DNA of 62,004 nucleotides, filler included, from Sphacelaria rigidula (taxonomy: Eukaryota): NCBI GenBank assembly GCA_964200075.2. It is 9 parts of 9 records of this genome, joined end to end, with 100 filler letters (N's around TTAATTAATTAA, not from the genome) between each part and the next. Parts side by side here need not be neighbours in the genome. Positions count along the whole stretch, not along the records: positions 34,506 to 41,305 come from CAXNAA020018017.1; positions 41,406 to 48,205 come from CAXNAA020018018.1; 7 more parts are not named here. One strand, given 5' to 3'. Made by a program: the position numbers and the translations under genes. Below the pieces are notes generated by a model. It searched no databases and was not told the DNA's origin. It saw only the letters and a list, made by a program, of their open reading frames with translations. Positions 34,716 to 46,223 of the stretch are shown piece by piece. Each line of letters opens with the position of its first letter. The stretch's first letter is position 1.

Positions 34716-35672
34716 TACGCAAAACCCAAATGGTTCATTCGCACCTATCTACCCGACCTTGCGGCACAGATCACGAAGTGAGCGCAGGGATACATACACT
34801 GCAGCAGTGATAGGAAACCGACACCACTACTGTTTTGGCATGATGTGTTCCTTTTTGTTTGCGAAACCTTAGGCATCTAATTTTGTGGCAGGGTCCACCG
34901 ACGGAGTTACATGTTGGGGTGGGCGTTCGAATTGCCAACGCGCTCATGGACAGTAGAGACCGTGCAAAACTGCACATGCTTCAAATCTGCTTCGCATCCT
35001 CCTGTATGCAGAGAGTCAGAAAGCTGCGCTGTCTGTCAAATCTGCTGTATGCCGTGTTGCCCGCATCTTGTTCACATCGCGCCCACATGCTGTGCGACAC
35101 ACACTATCTACACCACACAGTAGTACAGGGCGCCACTACTGTTGTACAGTCTGTACAGTCTGTACTGTACTATATATAGGTAAAGTACCTATGTTGCAGA
35201 CGACCCTGCCAGATACTACCCTTTCACAGAATTACACGAAACCCAAATGGTTCATTCCCAGCTACCTACCCAACCCTGCGGCACAGATCACGAACGCAGC
35301 ACAGGGATACATACATTGCAGCAGTAATAGGAAACCGACACCACTACTGTTTTGGCATGATGTGTTCCTTTTTGTTTGCGAAACCTTAGACATCTAATTT
35401 TGTGGCAGGGTCCACCGACAGAGTTACATGTTGGGGTGGGCGTTCGAATTGCCAACGCGCTCATGGACAGTAGAGGCGGTGAAAAACTGCACATGGTTCA
35501 AATATGCTTCGCATCCTCCTGTATGCAGAGAGTCAGAAAGCTGTGCTGTCTGTCATATCTGCTGTGTGTCGCGTTGCCCGCATCTTGTCCACATCGCGCC
35601 CACATGCTGTCCGAAATACACACCATGTGGACAGTCAGGCCGCACTGTTGTACAGCAGTCTGTACTGTACTG
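34716..35672. repeat. Tandem duplication of a ~450-bp dispersed repeat (period 517 bp); distant homologue at about 53975-54600 (minus)
   Basis: Near-identical segments such as gcagcagt(g/a)ataggaaaccgacacc at 34801 and 35318. Confidence 0.88.
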
Positions 35673-35702
35673 TCTAATTTTTGGCCAAGAACAAAACTGT
35701 TT

Positions 35703-35881
35703 TAATGCGTGAGAGGACCGCGTGCTTGGAGGACCGCGTCGGAAGTTGAACATCCCTATGGCTGGGGTTAGGGTTAGGGTTGGGGTCAGGGGCGTGGTAC
35801 CTGCAGGGACTGACCCGATTGGTTGTGGAAAACGTCGATACTGAGGTGTTCCGAGCTACGGTGCGGTCCTCTCACGCATTA
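35703..35881. mobile_element. Short TIR element (TAATGCGTGAGAGGACCGC) containing GGGTTA repeats
   Basis: 19-bp perfect inverted ends; ggggttagggttagggttgggg at about 35765-35786. Confidence 0.7.
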
Positions 35882-36514
35882 CACTATGACCTACGGAACA
35901 CGCAACGGTGCTCTGGAACGGTCTCAGGTGTCAACACTCGCTGAGCCCTCTTTTCGGGGCAAAAACGACGGAGAAGGGTAGAAAAATCACTTTTCAACAA
36001 GTCGTAGATTTCGATACATGACAAATAGTTTAACGAAGGAAAAGGAAAAAAGAAAACTGGAAGCGCCATTGCGAAGCAGAGCAATCTATGGCCTCAATAC
36101 TCTACTCAAATTTTGAGTAGAAGAGTATGATCTCAAATACTCTCCTCGAATAATTGAGTAGGTTGAGTACGACCTTAAATACTCTACTCAAACTTCGAGT
36201 ACTAAAAGTATGACTTCAAAAATACTGAGTATTGAGTATACTCTACTCGACCTACCTTACCCCCTGAAGTCCGAATGGTCACCTTCGGCACCGGATCTCG
36301 TGAGGTTAACCATATGTACTATCTTTCTTCTTGATCATTTATCCCTGTTTTGCTTGTATCGCGTTTTGTCAGTTTTAAGCTGGGTCTCTTTTGTTTTTTT
36401 GGTTTTTGCTAGCCTATGACCACGGAAGGCGTCCGCATCAGATGCCCAGTACGAATGTACCGCGCAGATATCGGAACGGTTTTTAATGTGAAGACGCCGA
36501 CAACAACAACAACA

Positions 36515-37354
36515 ACCCTTGAATATGTCGTCGTGTCGGGTGGTCAAGATGCATTGGGTGAGCAATATGATGGTACGAGAGAGGATTAATATATATATAT
36601 ATATATATTGATATCGTGTCATCAATATGTCAAGGCTCGCGACATGCAATATATATCGACCGAACAATATTTCACGACACGCGCCACCTCGATATATATT
36701 GACCGAGTAATATGTTGGTGCGGTAAGGCACCAATATACTCGCTGCCACACGAGGTCAAAATATATGAACGATTTAATATACTCAACACCCGAAGCGCCA
36801 ATATATATTGGGCGGACAATACACGAGAGAACGGACGGTCACAATACATACTGGTGTAGCAATATATATATATATATTGATTTTCAACACGTAAAGTGAA
36901 AATTGTATTGGAAAAAGCATGGTGGGCAGTTTCATGTTCACGGGCGCCACTGAAAGATGTATCACCATATGCTGAAAATGCTGGCTGCCCGATAGCTATG
37001 CGATGAGCGTGCGCAATATATATTGAAAAAACAATACTTTTGCATGGTTTGCGTTCAACATATATTGTGGTAACAGCATGCTACGCAACTCTTCGACTCA
37101 AAATATATTGACACTTCAATACATACACGGCCGGCATGCACAAAATGTATGGAGTGTTTAGTCCGCGGAGCAAATGCATGTCCAATATATATTGTCATGA
37201 ATTACTTCACGATCATGACATGAGAAATATATGTTGCTTCAGTCGAGACATTGAACGACATTGAAGCAACAACATATATTGAAAGGGCAATATTTGCGGT
37301 GCCTCCGATGCAAGGTATTGGTATCATATTGGAGTATGTTGTATTGTCCAGGGT
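36515..37354. mobile_element. AT-rich non-autonomous element with many CAATATAT/ATATATTG motifs and CCC(T)...(A)GGG ends
   Basis: The motif recurs in both orientations throughout. Termini are imperfect. Confidence 0.5.
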
Positions 37355-39116
37355 ATAAGTAACACAGCAAGTGATCTGATCATGCTAAAACCAAGTACTA
37401 CCTATGATCATGAATATAAGGTCAAATTGTGCAATTTGCTCGATTGAGATATCTCAAACTCGAGGCTCCCGATATATTTCATTCAATTATTCTTGGATAT
37501 TCTATGTCGGGAACCCTCGAGTTTTGGATACCTCCCATAGGTGATCAATATTTGCGATTTTTTAAATCGGGAGCTTGATTTCCACCAGAAACGTCCTTAC
37601 AAAACAAGAATTCCCCCCCCCCTCCAATTTGTTTTTTCTTCGTGCTGTTTCTTCGCTTCACAGCTTTCACTTCTAGACACCCCGTGGCGTTGCCTCTGCT
37701 CAACATGGAAGATAATATCAAGAGTTTGAAAATGGTCTATAGATGGCTGAAGTAGCCAAACACCACGCGAACAGAAATAAGCACTTTTTTTAATGCGGAC
37801 AGGAGAGAGAACAGCACCCTGGTTTCCTTCGTCACCAAATCTTCGCAAGATCCACGTCGAGGTGTATTTTCCCAGGGGAGGGGATATGAAATAACCATCC
37901 TCCATTCCAGGGGATTTCCGGTTCGATGTTGTCCTCTTGGTCCAGTAAGTGAATTGTTTCACAAGAAAAATCGTGCGGCTGGAATGCCATATATTTTTGG
38001 TAGCTTTTCACATGGCAAGATTATTAACTTATACGGCTATAGATACCTGGAGAACCATATTTTGCAAGATAGATTTTTGTTGACTTTTGACATGGAAATA
38101 TATAAAATGTATATAAGAATAATTAATTATTAATTTATTAATTGGATGGATGGATGGTTGGTCATTTGATTTATTTTTTTGAGCAAGGAAAAGGCAATAT
38201 GACAAGCCTTTTCCCGCCAGTACGAAGCTGTGTTTTGTACCTCAATGCATCTGCGAATCAAAGATCCGACAACAACAGCGTCGGTCTGCTGCAACTCTTG
38301 AGGCGAAGCCGTGGCTCACTGACGCCAACAGGGGATATGAAAAGAGGGAAATCCGTTTGCGCTTTCGTCTATTTTTTTGGCCATGTTGTTGACCGCACCA
38401 TTTTCCGTTTGCTCGCATGTTGTTCTCCCGCTTTGCGGGATCGATTAGCGTACTTTCTCTGTGCCTTCAGTACTATCCTCATTTTTGTTGATTTTTTTTT
38501 TAATGTCGACGCCCAATCCTTCGACGGCGAGCGTAGGTCACCTGCTGAATCGGCATCGATTTCACGTGAAAAGAGTATGTGTGATCCAGATGGACTGCCC
38601 ACATCGCGGTCCGAAGGTCAAACGCCCACGACGTACAGTACAGTAGTGGACGGTCTAACTGTTCAGGGGTGTTTTGGGGTTTTCCTCGGGTACTATTCTT
38701 CAGTAGAACTCGAAATTGCTACCGTCGGTAGATTTTGATGCAATAGAGAGATCATCCTCGAAACACAGTGCCCAAGTCAGTGTTAGTTGGTGTTATCGGG
38801 CGATACGAGTAAATACCCCGTTCATCAGGAGGGTGTTATTGACCGTGAAACAAAGTTTTTCGGCCCTAGTGCAATGAGTAGGTAGAATTTCAAAAAAATA
38901 AAACTGCACATTTCTTCACTAATATGATCGGGACAGGTTGGGTCGGTAAAAAATACCGAAGAGTTAGAATCTGTGCTGAAATGTGTCAGGACCCCCGATG
39001 ACCGATCAGCCCGTAAGTCACCCAACATTGAGTACACTTGTTTTTTCTCGGAATGTGGAGTGGATACACATATCTTCAGATCGCCAATGTGATGAGCGGT
39101 GGCAAGCGAAAAAGCC

Positions 39117-39364
39117 GACACTTTCTACGATAGCCCCCCCCCCAAAGTGCATGATTTTGGGAGGCAAAACCTTCACGTAAATCGAAATGGGAAAAGCAGA
39201 GCACAACGAGAAGCTGGGAATTTCCACGCTTGGGTTCGTTCTAGTCAATGTCGCCAATATGAGGTGCTCCATGCAGCCTAAACCCGAAGATCAGGCGCTG
39301 TATGGCCATTTTGTTCGTGACACTTTGAGCTGGTTTCGGGGGGGGGGCTATCGTAGAAAGTGCC
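39117..39364. mobile_element. 248-bp MITE, TIR G(A/G)CACTTTCTACGATAGCCCCCCCC, 4-bp TSD AGCC; related copies at about 40088-40368 and 20115-20345
   Basis: Inverted ends flanked by AGCC at 39113-39116 and 39365-39368. The homologous host repeat at about 48420-48546 lacks the insert. Confidence 0.8.
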
Positions 39365-42081
39365 AGCCCAAGAAAATAGTCAATTACGAAAAGATCACAA
39401 AATTCCAAAAAACGAGTTGTTAGACCGCCCACTACTAACAACAACGTTTTCGTGAGATCGAGAGTAGAGCGCTGATTGAGAGTGGCCTTGATAATTCGCT
39501 GTAACTTAGCCATTCTTTCATTCCGTGTGTGCTTTTCTTTAACTCCATCACTGGCGTGTGCTTACAGCTACATGTCGATATCTTACTCAGGGATATCAAG
39601 GGCCTCAGTGGCAAGCTAATACGGAAAGCATATTGGGCCTCGTGGAGGGGCTTTTCGGAACTGAAACGATTCATTCATCAATTGAGCACCGTTCACTTTC
39701 AATCGTATCCTCTACTCTCAATATCACGAAAACAGTGTTTACTTTACCACGACAACGATGGGCTCTCTCGAGCACACCCGCCCACGTTGTAAACGGGGGC
39801 ACCGAAGTATCGTTGGGCATCCATTCGTTACGCCATCGCGGTGAAGATAGCGCTGGTCATTCCACCAGGCAACTGACGCGTGCCCAGGAGCGTTATACGT
39901 CCCCTGGCGGAGCGCTAGTTGTTGGTCCCGAAGACCCGACAAAGCTAAGGCAGAACTGCAAAGCTCAGGACGACGAAGAAACCGGGGAGCTTGACCTGGA
40001 AACAAACGTCGGAGTGGGCTGCCGTCGCATCTTACAATACTCCACCAAAGGCCGCGTCGCTGCGGGCGGTCAAGAGCAGAATCGATCGACACTTTTCACG
40101 ATAATAGCCCCCCCCCCCAAAAGTGGCTGGTTTGGGCAGGCAACATACGCACGTGAATCTTGCGTGAATCGAAATGAAAAAAGCCGAGCACAACGGGCAG
40201 CTGAAAATTCCCACGCTTCGGTTCGTTCCCGCCAATGTCGCCCATATGAGGCGATTTATGCAGCCTAAAACCAAAGATCAGGCGCTGTATCATCATTTTC
40301 TTCGTAATAACAGTTTTGGGCTGTTTTTTTTGGGGGGGGGGGGGGCTATTATCATCGAAGAAAGGCTCAATGGGCCATTTTTTTTTCACGTCTTTCATCA
40401 CCCGGAATAGGGGCGGAATAGGGGCGAAGCACCGCCGTTTCGGGCCGACTGTTTCGGCCGTTGGTCCAGCATGCAGGGTAACGCGCGAAAAAACCAAAAA
40501 TGTTTCGACAAAAAAAACGTCCAAGATTTCATTAAAATAATCGAGTCATCCTACGATAGAAGGGGGGGGGGGGGGTATGTCGGACCACTTTTTGCACCAA
40601 ATTCCGAGTCAAATCGTCGTTGAAAGCAGCAACGGTTGTTCGAACGAGCTTGGTACAGATACGCAACGCTCATTCATATTGCTTGACACTCTTTTAAACC
40701 AAATACATGCATGCGCACCGCGAGTAGTGAGTGTGGCAGGTCGTCTGACACACGTATGAACCTCTTTTTTCGTGCAATCAAATGCCCCGCCCTCCCATCA
40801 AAAGGATGACGCAATCGTGTAAGGCATCGGACACGGTTGTGGGTCAGCGTGATCGTAAAATATTCTTCCCTATTATTGTGGCACAGAGGAGAACGTGTAC
40901 CTCGTGAACACGTAAGACTGCATGTGCACATAAAAAGCACGTGGTGTGTGGCAGAAACGGGTTGATGTCACATCTTTTTTGACGCTCATTCTCTTTCACG
41001 CGCCGCCTCGCTGCTCCGTTCATTTTTATTGTGTTCTTGTCTTCACATTGAAAAATCTTTCCGATCTCTGCTCAGTACCTTCTTCGAAGATCCGTATTGC
41101 TACCTTAGCTGGTATTTTTATTTTTTTTTTTGTCCCCAGAGGACAGGAAGGAACCTTTTATCCATACACTTCGCTATTTCTAGTTTCGTGCAAACAGCCA
41201 ATCATCTATGTTGAGGATGGTGCTTTTGATTGAAACAGCCAATCATCTATGTTGAGGATGGTGCTATTGATTGAGGATGAGAACCCGGAGGATTAAAATC
41301 TTCGTNNNNNNNNNNNNNNNNNNNNNNNNNNNNNNNNNNNNNNNNNNNNTTAATTAATTAANNNNNNNNNNNNNNNNNNNNNNNNNNNNNNNNNNNNNNN
41401 NNNNNGTCGACGAACCAGCTGACTTGGTGCCCCACACATTTCAGGCGCATCACCTAGCAGACCCGATTTGTGAGAAGGCCAATAACCTGCTTGCCTGGTT
41501 TGCCAACAACCGCGAGACTGTCACACTTGCGGGAGTGGTAAAATTTGTGCAATCTCAACCCCACCTCGACCACACCACCACGCAGATCCAACAAGAGTAT
41601 GTCGAGCCCCTCATGATCATGTTCCGTGACGTCGAGGAAATTCGCAAAACGATCTTTTCTCAACCACCCCAGAACAACTTGGACCACGCAAGCGGAGCAT
41701 GGGATTAGGACTTTAGGGCTGATGGGCAACGAATTGCACAGCACCCTCTGCGCGTTGACGCAGAATGGCAGACTGCGGGCAAAAAGACAGGTACAGTTAG
41801 CGGCGGTAGCGTTCAAACCAAACATACGCGGACCCGGAAACAATCCGCGCGCTTCAAATCCCACGCGTCGAGTACCGACGATAGTGACACAGACAGCCAC
41901 GGTTCATCCCGTTACAATGACCAGATCCGCTCTAACCGACCTTCTGCACACAGACTCTCCGACTTTCTACCTCCGTCTTCCACCATTGCCGAGCAACGTC
42001 ACTCCCTCTTGAAAGAGAGAGAGGAAGGTAAGCCAGCCAAAATCGAGAAGAAACAGGTTTTGGTGGAAGTAAAGAAGGAGA

Positions 42082-43713
42082 GTGATCTATCCAACACAGA
42101 GACACGTGCATAGACTCAATCTGCACCACCACACAACCCGCAGCGACGCCCCCAGCATCCGACGAGCTTATTTGGAACTCAACATCAAGAGTGTAGGTAA
42201 GGTCAAACCTCGGTTGCCTTTCATTGCAGGATCCAACGCAAGTCTCAACTGTAGTCAGTTGAGGTCATCGCTCAAGAATGTATTGAGCGATATTCTCGCC
42301 ATTTGCGACCCAAATTTCGTCAGTCTCGAAAGCAGCGAGTGGGTCTGTGTGTGGAGCCGCTCGTTGCATCGGGCACTAGAGCAGGCGATTGACCTCAACT
42401 CCTTGCAATCCTCCAAAATTACTGCAATGTGCGACGCTCACTTCAACCAAGTGTCGCGGGCCCTCAACAAGGGCGCCATTGGGAACGAGGCGTTCACACT
42501 TTTGTTACGGTTGCTTAGCTCGTCGCTTGACACCAGCTACGAAGGGGAATCTATTGAAATATTACTCACCTTCAAGGTTCCCGTGCACACTCCCTTCAAT
42601 CAATACTTGAAGGACTTTCGCACTCTAATTTCGGTCACCGTGGATGGCGGGCGTGATCTAGCCCCGACCAACGAGATGGTAATGTCTTTCTTTCGTTCCA
42701 GTATGGGGCGACAGTACCCCAGTCGAATGCCGAGTGTTTTTGTGGGTGATGCAGCTACGGTAGCAGTACCATTCGCAAATCTCGACGAAATGTGGAGTCG
42801 ACTCGATGGGTTGCGTACGAATCGGACACAGGCTGTCGAGTCGACAGGAGTAAGACAGGACGGCATCACTTCGGCAATTAGCCAACACGGTACGCAGGTA
42901 ATAAGTCGGGAACCTCTCGTCACTCCAGTTGCCCCTGCGTCACGAACGCAATCCAGCAGGAAATCGAGTCAGCCGGCGTGGATACCTGACTCAATGACTT
43001 CTGCAGGGGAAGTCATAATGACCGCTCGGGTTCAGGTACCAGATGCATTTGCTAGTCGATTTTCAAGCTGGTCCTTCGCCAACGAAATTTGGCCGGAGGT
43101 AATCAACGTGAGCACCTCCATGAACAACCACGACCCCCCCCTCTGGACCCGCGACGTTGAACCCAACATCCGTAACGAGCTTATCCGTGAGTGTAAGGAC
43201 AAATATCTCAATTGCGGAATATGGTTCGATGGACGAACGGAGTACTCCGCCGCCGGTAGAGTTCCCATCCACTCCATGCGCACCTGCGAGGCACCGTTTG
43301 TGAACGCATTTGGCGTCTTGAATAACATATTCCACGATCCACAATATTCATCGTGCTGGCCAATTTGGCAAGCTCGTATGCGTTCTTACCCCCGCCCTCA
43401 ATCCGGCGACACGCGTGGCAAAAACAACCGCCCTAGACGGGGTAATCGCTTCTACGGTAACGATTCCCGCTACCAAAACCCGCAGTACCAAACAACGCAC
43501 TACCAGACGCGGCCCGCTGACTCGGCGCCACGTCTAACACAGTCTGACCCGGCAAACTCTCAACCGCAGAACCAGGTACACTCACAAGACGGAAGACGAC
43601 CACTGATGATCGCACCTAGTCGTACAGTTCCCCCACGCCAGGAAGACGCCCAACAACCCACCCTTGATGCTCACCGCACAACCGCACGATTAGGAATCAA
43701 CGTTCGCCGGTAA
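42082..43713 (+). CDS. Gypsy gag-like ORF (543 aa)
   Basis: Long ORF directly upstream of protease/RT, with a degenerate CCHC-like motif and a low-complexity basic/Gln-rich tail. Confidence 0.6.
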   Translation: MIYPTQRHVHRLNLHHHTTRSDAPSIRRAYLELNIKSVGKVKPRLPFIAGSNASLNCSQLRSSLKNVLSDILAICDPNFVSLESSEWVCVWSRSLHRALEQAIDLNSLQSSKITAMCDAHFNQVSRALNKGAIGNEAFTLLLRLLSSSLDTSYEGESIEILLTFKVPVHTPFNQYLKDFRTLISVTVDGGRDLAPTNEMVMSFFRSSMGRQYPSRMPSVFVGDAATVAVPFANLDEMWSRLDGLRTNRTQAVESTGVRQDGITSAISQHGTQVISREPLVTPVAPASRTQSSRKSSQPAWIPDSMTSAGEVIMTARVQVPDAFASRFSSWSFANEIWPEVINVSTSMNNHDPPLWTRDVEPNIRNELIRECKDKYLNCGIWFDGRTEYSAAGRVPIHSMRTCEAPFVNAFGVLNNIFHDPQYSSCWPIWQARMRSYPRPQSGDTRGKNNRPRRGNRFYGNDSRYQNPQYQTTHYQTRPADSAPRLTQSDPANSQPQNQVHSQDGRRPLMIAPSRTVPPRQEDAQQPTLDAHRTTARLGINVRR

Positions 43714-46223
43714 CTCACCGCAAAAGTACCCAACAATTTTCTTTCGCTCGGCCAGGTCACCAACATCACACACGTAAATCAACGGCGGCCACCGCGGGTT
43801 CAACCATGTGGTGTGGATTTCCTGGATATGCTAACACTGCCTTGAAGGGTTCCACGACAGTCGAAGCCCGTGCACTGTTGCATGACTATCAACGGAGCAG
43901 TGACAAAACCCAATGTTTTAACCCTAGACTTGATCACCCAGTTTTACATTCATCAGGTACTAATCATATTCAATCGAATCCCCTCCCTTCGAAGGAGAGG
44001 AAGTCATTTAGTGCAGTTTCTCCCGCATCAGGAGCCGAATTATCTTCTGATACGATAGACACTGCTGCTCCGACCGTTCATCGGGGAACACAAAACTCAA
44101 AGCCACACACTCCAGCACCTCCCAACTGCTCAAGTGCCCGGCTAACCACCCTACCGAGTTCCGCAAAAACTACGGCACCCGGTTCCCTTTTATTTGATGA
44201 GCGTAATTATTTCTTGAAGGGTCGCAACCGCAAAGAACCCATGCTTTCCGTCGCTCAGCAGGTTGGAATGGAACCCCAAGTGACTCAGGTGATGCGCCAA
44301 GGGCGTGACCTAGGTTCGACTGTCCGAGAACTCATTTCAATAGCTCCTGGAGACGCCGACCCTTTCGTGCGCTACACGCGTCATCCTTGGAGGGCTTCTC
44401 CAGATGATCATGTACATAACCCTGATGTAGTAAGCGCACGTGAACTCCAAGGAAGAGATTGCGTGTGGGTTTAGACAGATGAAAACCTTAGAGTGGAACA
44501 GGCCGGTACTCCCCCGATTTCAAACAAATCGTTACTGCTCCCTGAACACCCCGCGTGCACTACGTTAGAACCCATTTCCGATGAAGCGTCGCCGTCTGTA
44601 GGGACAGAGACTTCGCCGACTCATGGACGTTCGCATCCTAGTCATGAAGGCACCTCAATCGTGTGTTCGTCACCAGGCAAACAAAGTGTTGCGCAAGACA
44701 ACTCGTCTCCTAATTCGCCCAGGTTAGCCCCTTTAATAGACGCGGGGTTGAACAGCACAGCTTTATTAACCCCGCGTCCTGACGAATTGTCTCAACCTCC
44801 CATGTTGGCCCTAACTAGTGATGGTATTGAGTTGATTGGCGTATCAAACTCAACACCGCGCCTCGAAGAATCGTCCCCTGTTCCGACCAAGCTGGATAAT
44901 GTAATTGATCCCGCTTTGCACAATGACGATTCGCCCCCTCTGTTGGCCAATAAGGGTGAAACACCACGCACAGATCACTTGTCGGGTCCAACTACGACAA
45001 CTGCCCTTTCCCGGCATCGCCCCTCCGTTGCAGTATATGAGATTCAATCCTCGACTGATGAGACAAATATTCCAGGCACAAACACTGACACTCCCTGCAC
45101 GCACCATCCTTCCGACCAAAAGCCTGTTCCACAGGATCATCAGCGGGTGTATTTTAGCACCTTCGTTCAAAACGCAAAGCAGGATGTGTCAGATGTCTTC
45201 CCCGAATTCGGGCCCGATCTCGTCAGTGGTATTGCAACTGTGGATGATGCTTCTTTTACGACCAAGATAGGATTACATAGTGGAGCGCGTGCACACTGTC
45301 ATTTGATAGCTCTTGCACTACCAGACTCTGGTTCACCTCAAACGTTCATCACCGCCAGCTGCTGGCAACAGATGATCGACGCGGGCGCGGCGGACAAGAA
45401 TTGTCTGTCCACCGTGCACCCTCGCGTTGTTGGTGGGTTTGGTTCCTCCACATCTCTTACGGTCAATCAATCGGTGAGACTAAGTGTACAATTCTACCAG
45501 GATACTACTCCCGCTGCTCGGTTGTCCGTATGGGCACTAACAGTGCCCAACGGTTCCATGTCTTTTGATGTTTTGTTAGATCGAGATAGTTGGCTTCGTT
45601 TTTCCACACAAACATATACGACGGACACACCTGTCCCGAACCGTCCAGTCACAAGCAAACTGTCTCTGGGTCACTTCGACACTGATTCGGGAGCTCATAC
45701 TTACGAGGATGACCCCACGAAAACAGGTAATGCTTCCCATCTGTACTATATTGGTGAACCGGTCATTTCTCTTTCTCGTGAACCCCAACTAATACAAGTA
45801 AACCTCGTGAGACGCAATGGATCGCTTGCCCTCACAGGACATTATTTGGTCGAGTTGCTCAAACCTGATCAAGCACAGGTTGGTCCGTTTGAACAGACCG
45901 AAGTCTTTGTCCACGAAGGCAGGCAGGCCATTTACCTCACGTCCCCTGCATGTTTCGATATACTCAACGGTCAGTTGTTGGGTTATGCTCAAGCGCCTCT
46001 CATACAAACCGCCCTGTCAGATGTGTGCCCCCCGGCGAACAACAACTCGCCGACCGACCCCCCATAATCCACGGGCCTCCCTCCGCTACACACGCCTGAC
46101 ACCATGGTGGTGACAAACCCACCAGATGCGCCTGACCCTCAACCCCCAACTGCATTACTGGATAGATTTTCTGCAGAACAACGCGCCAGTTTCCAAACGT
46201 TGTAGGATGGCATTCTCCCTCAC

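Noticed and set aside
39558-40268. 236-aa ORF as a protein-coding gene
   Set aside because: It runs through a MITE copy (40088-40368) and inverted-repeat DNA, with no recognisable domain.
41192-41273. 41-bp direct duplication near the contig end
   Set aside because: A simple two-copy tandem duplication next to a contig break, with no further structure.
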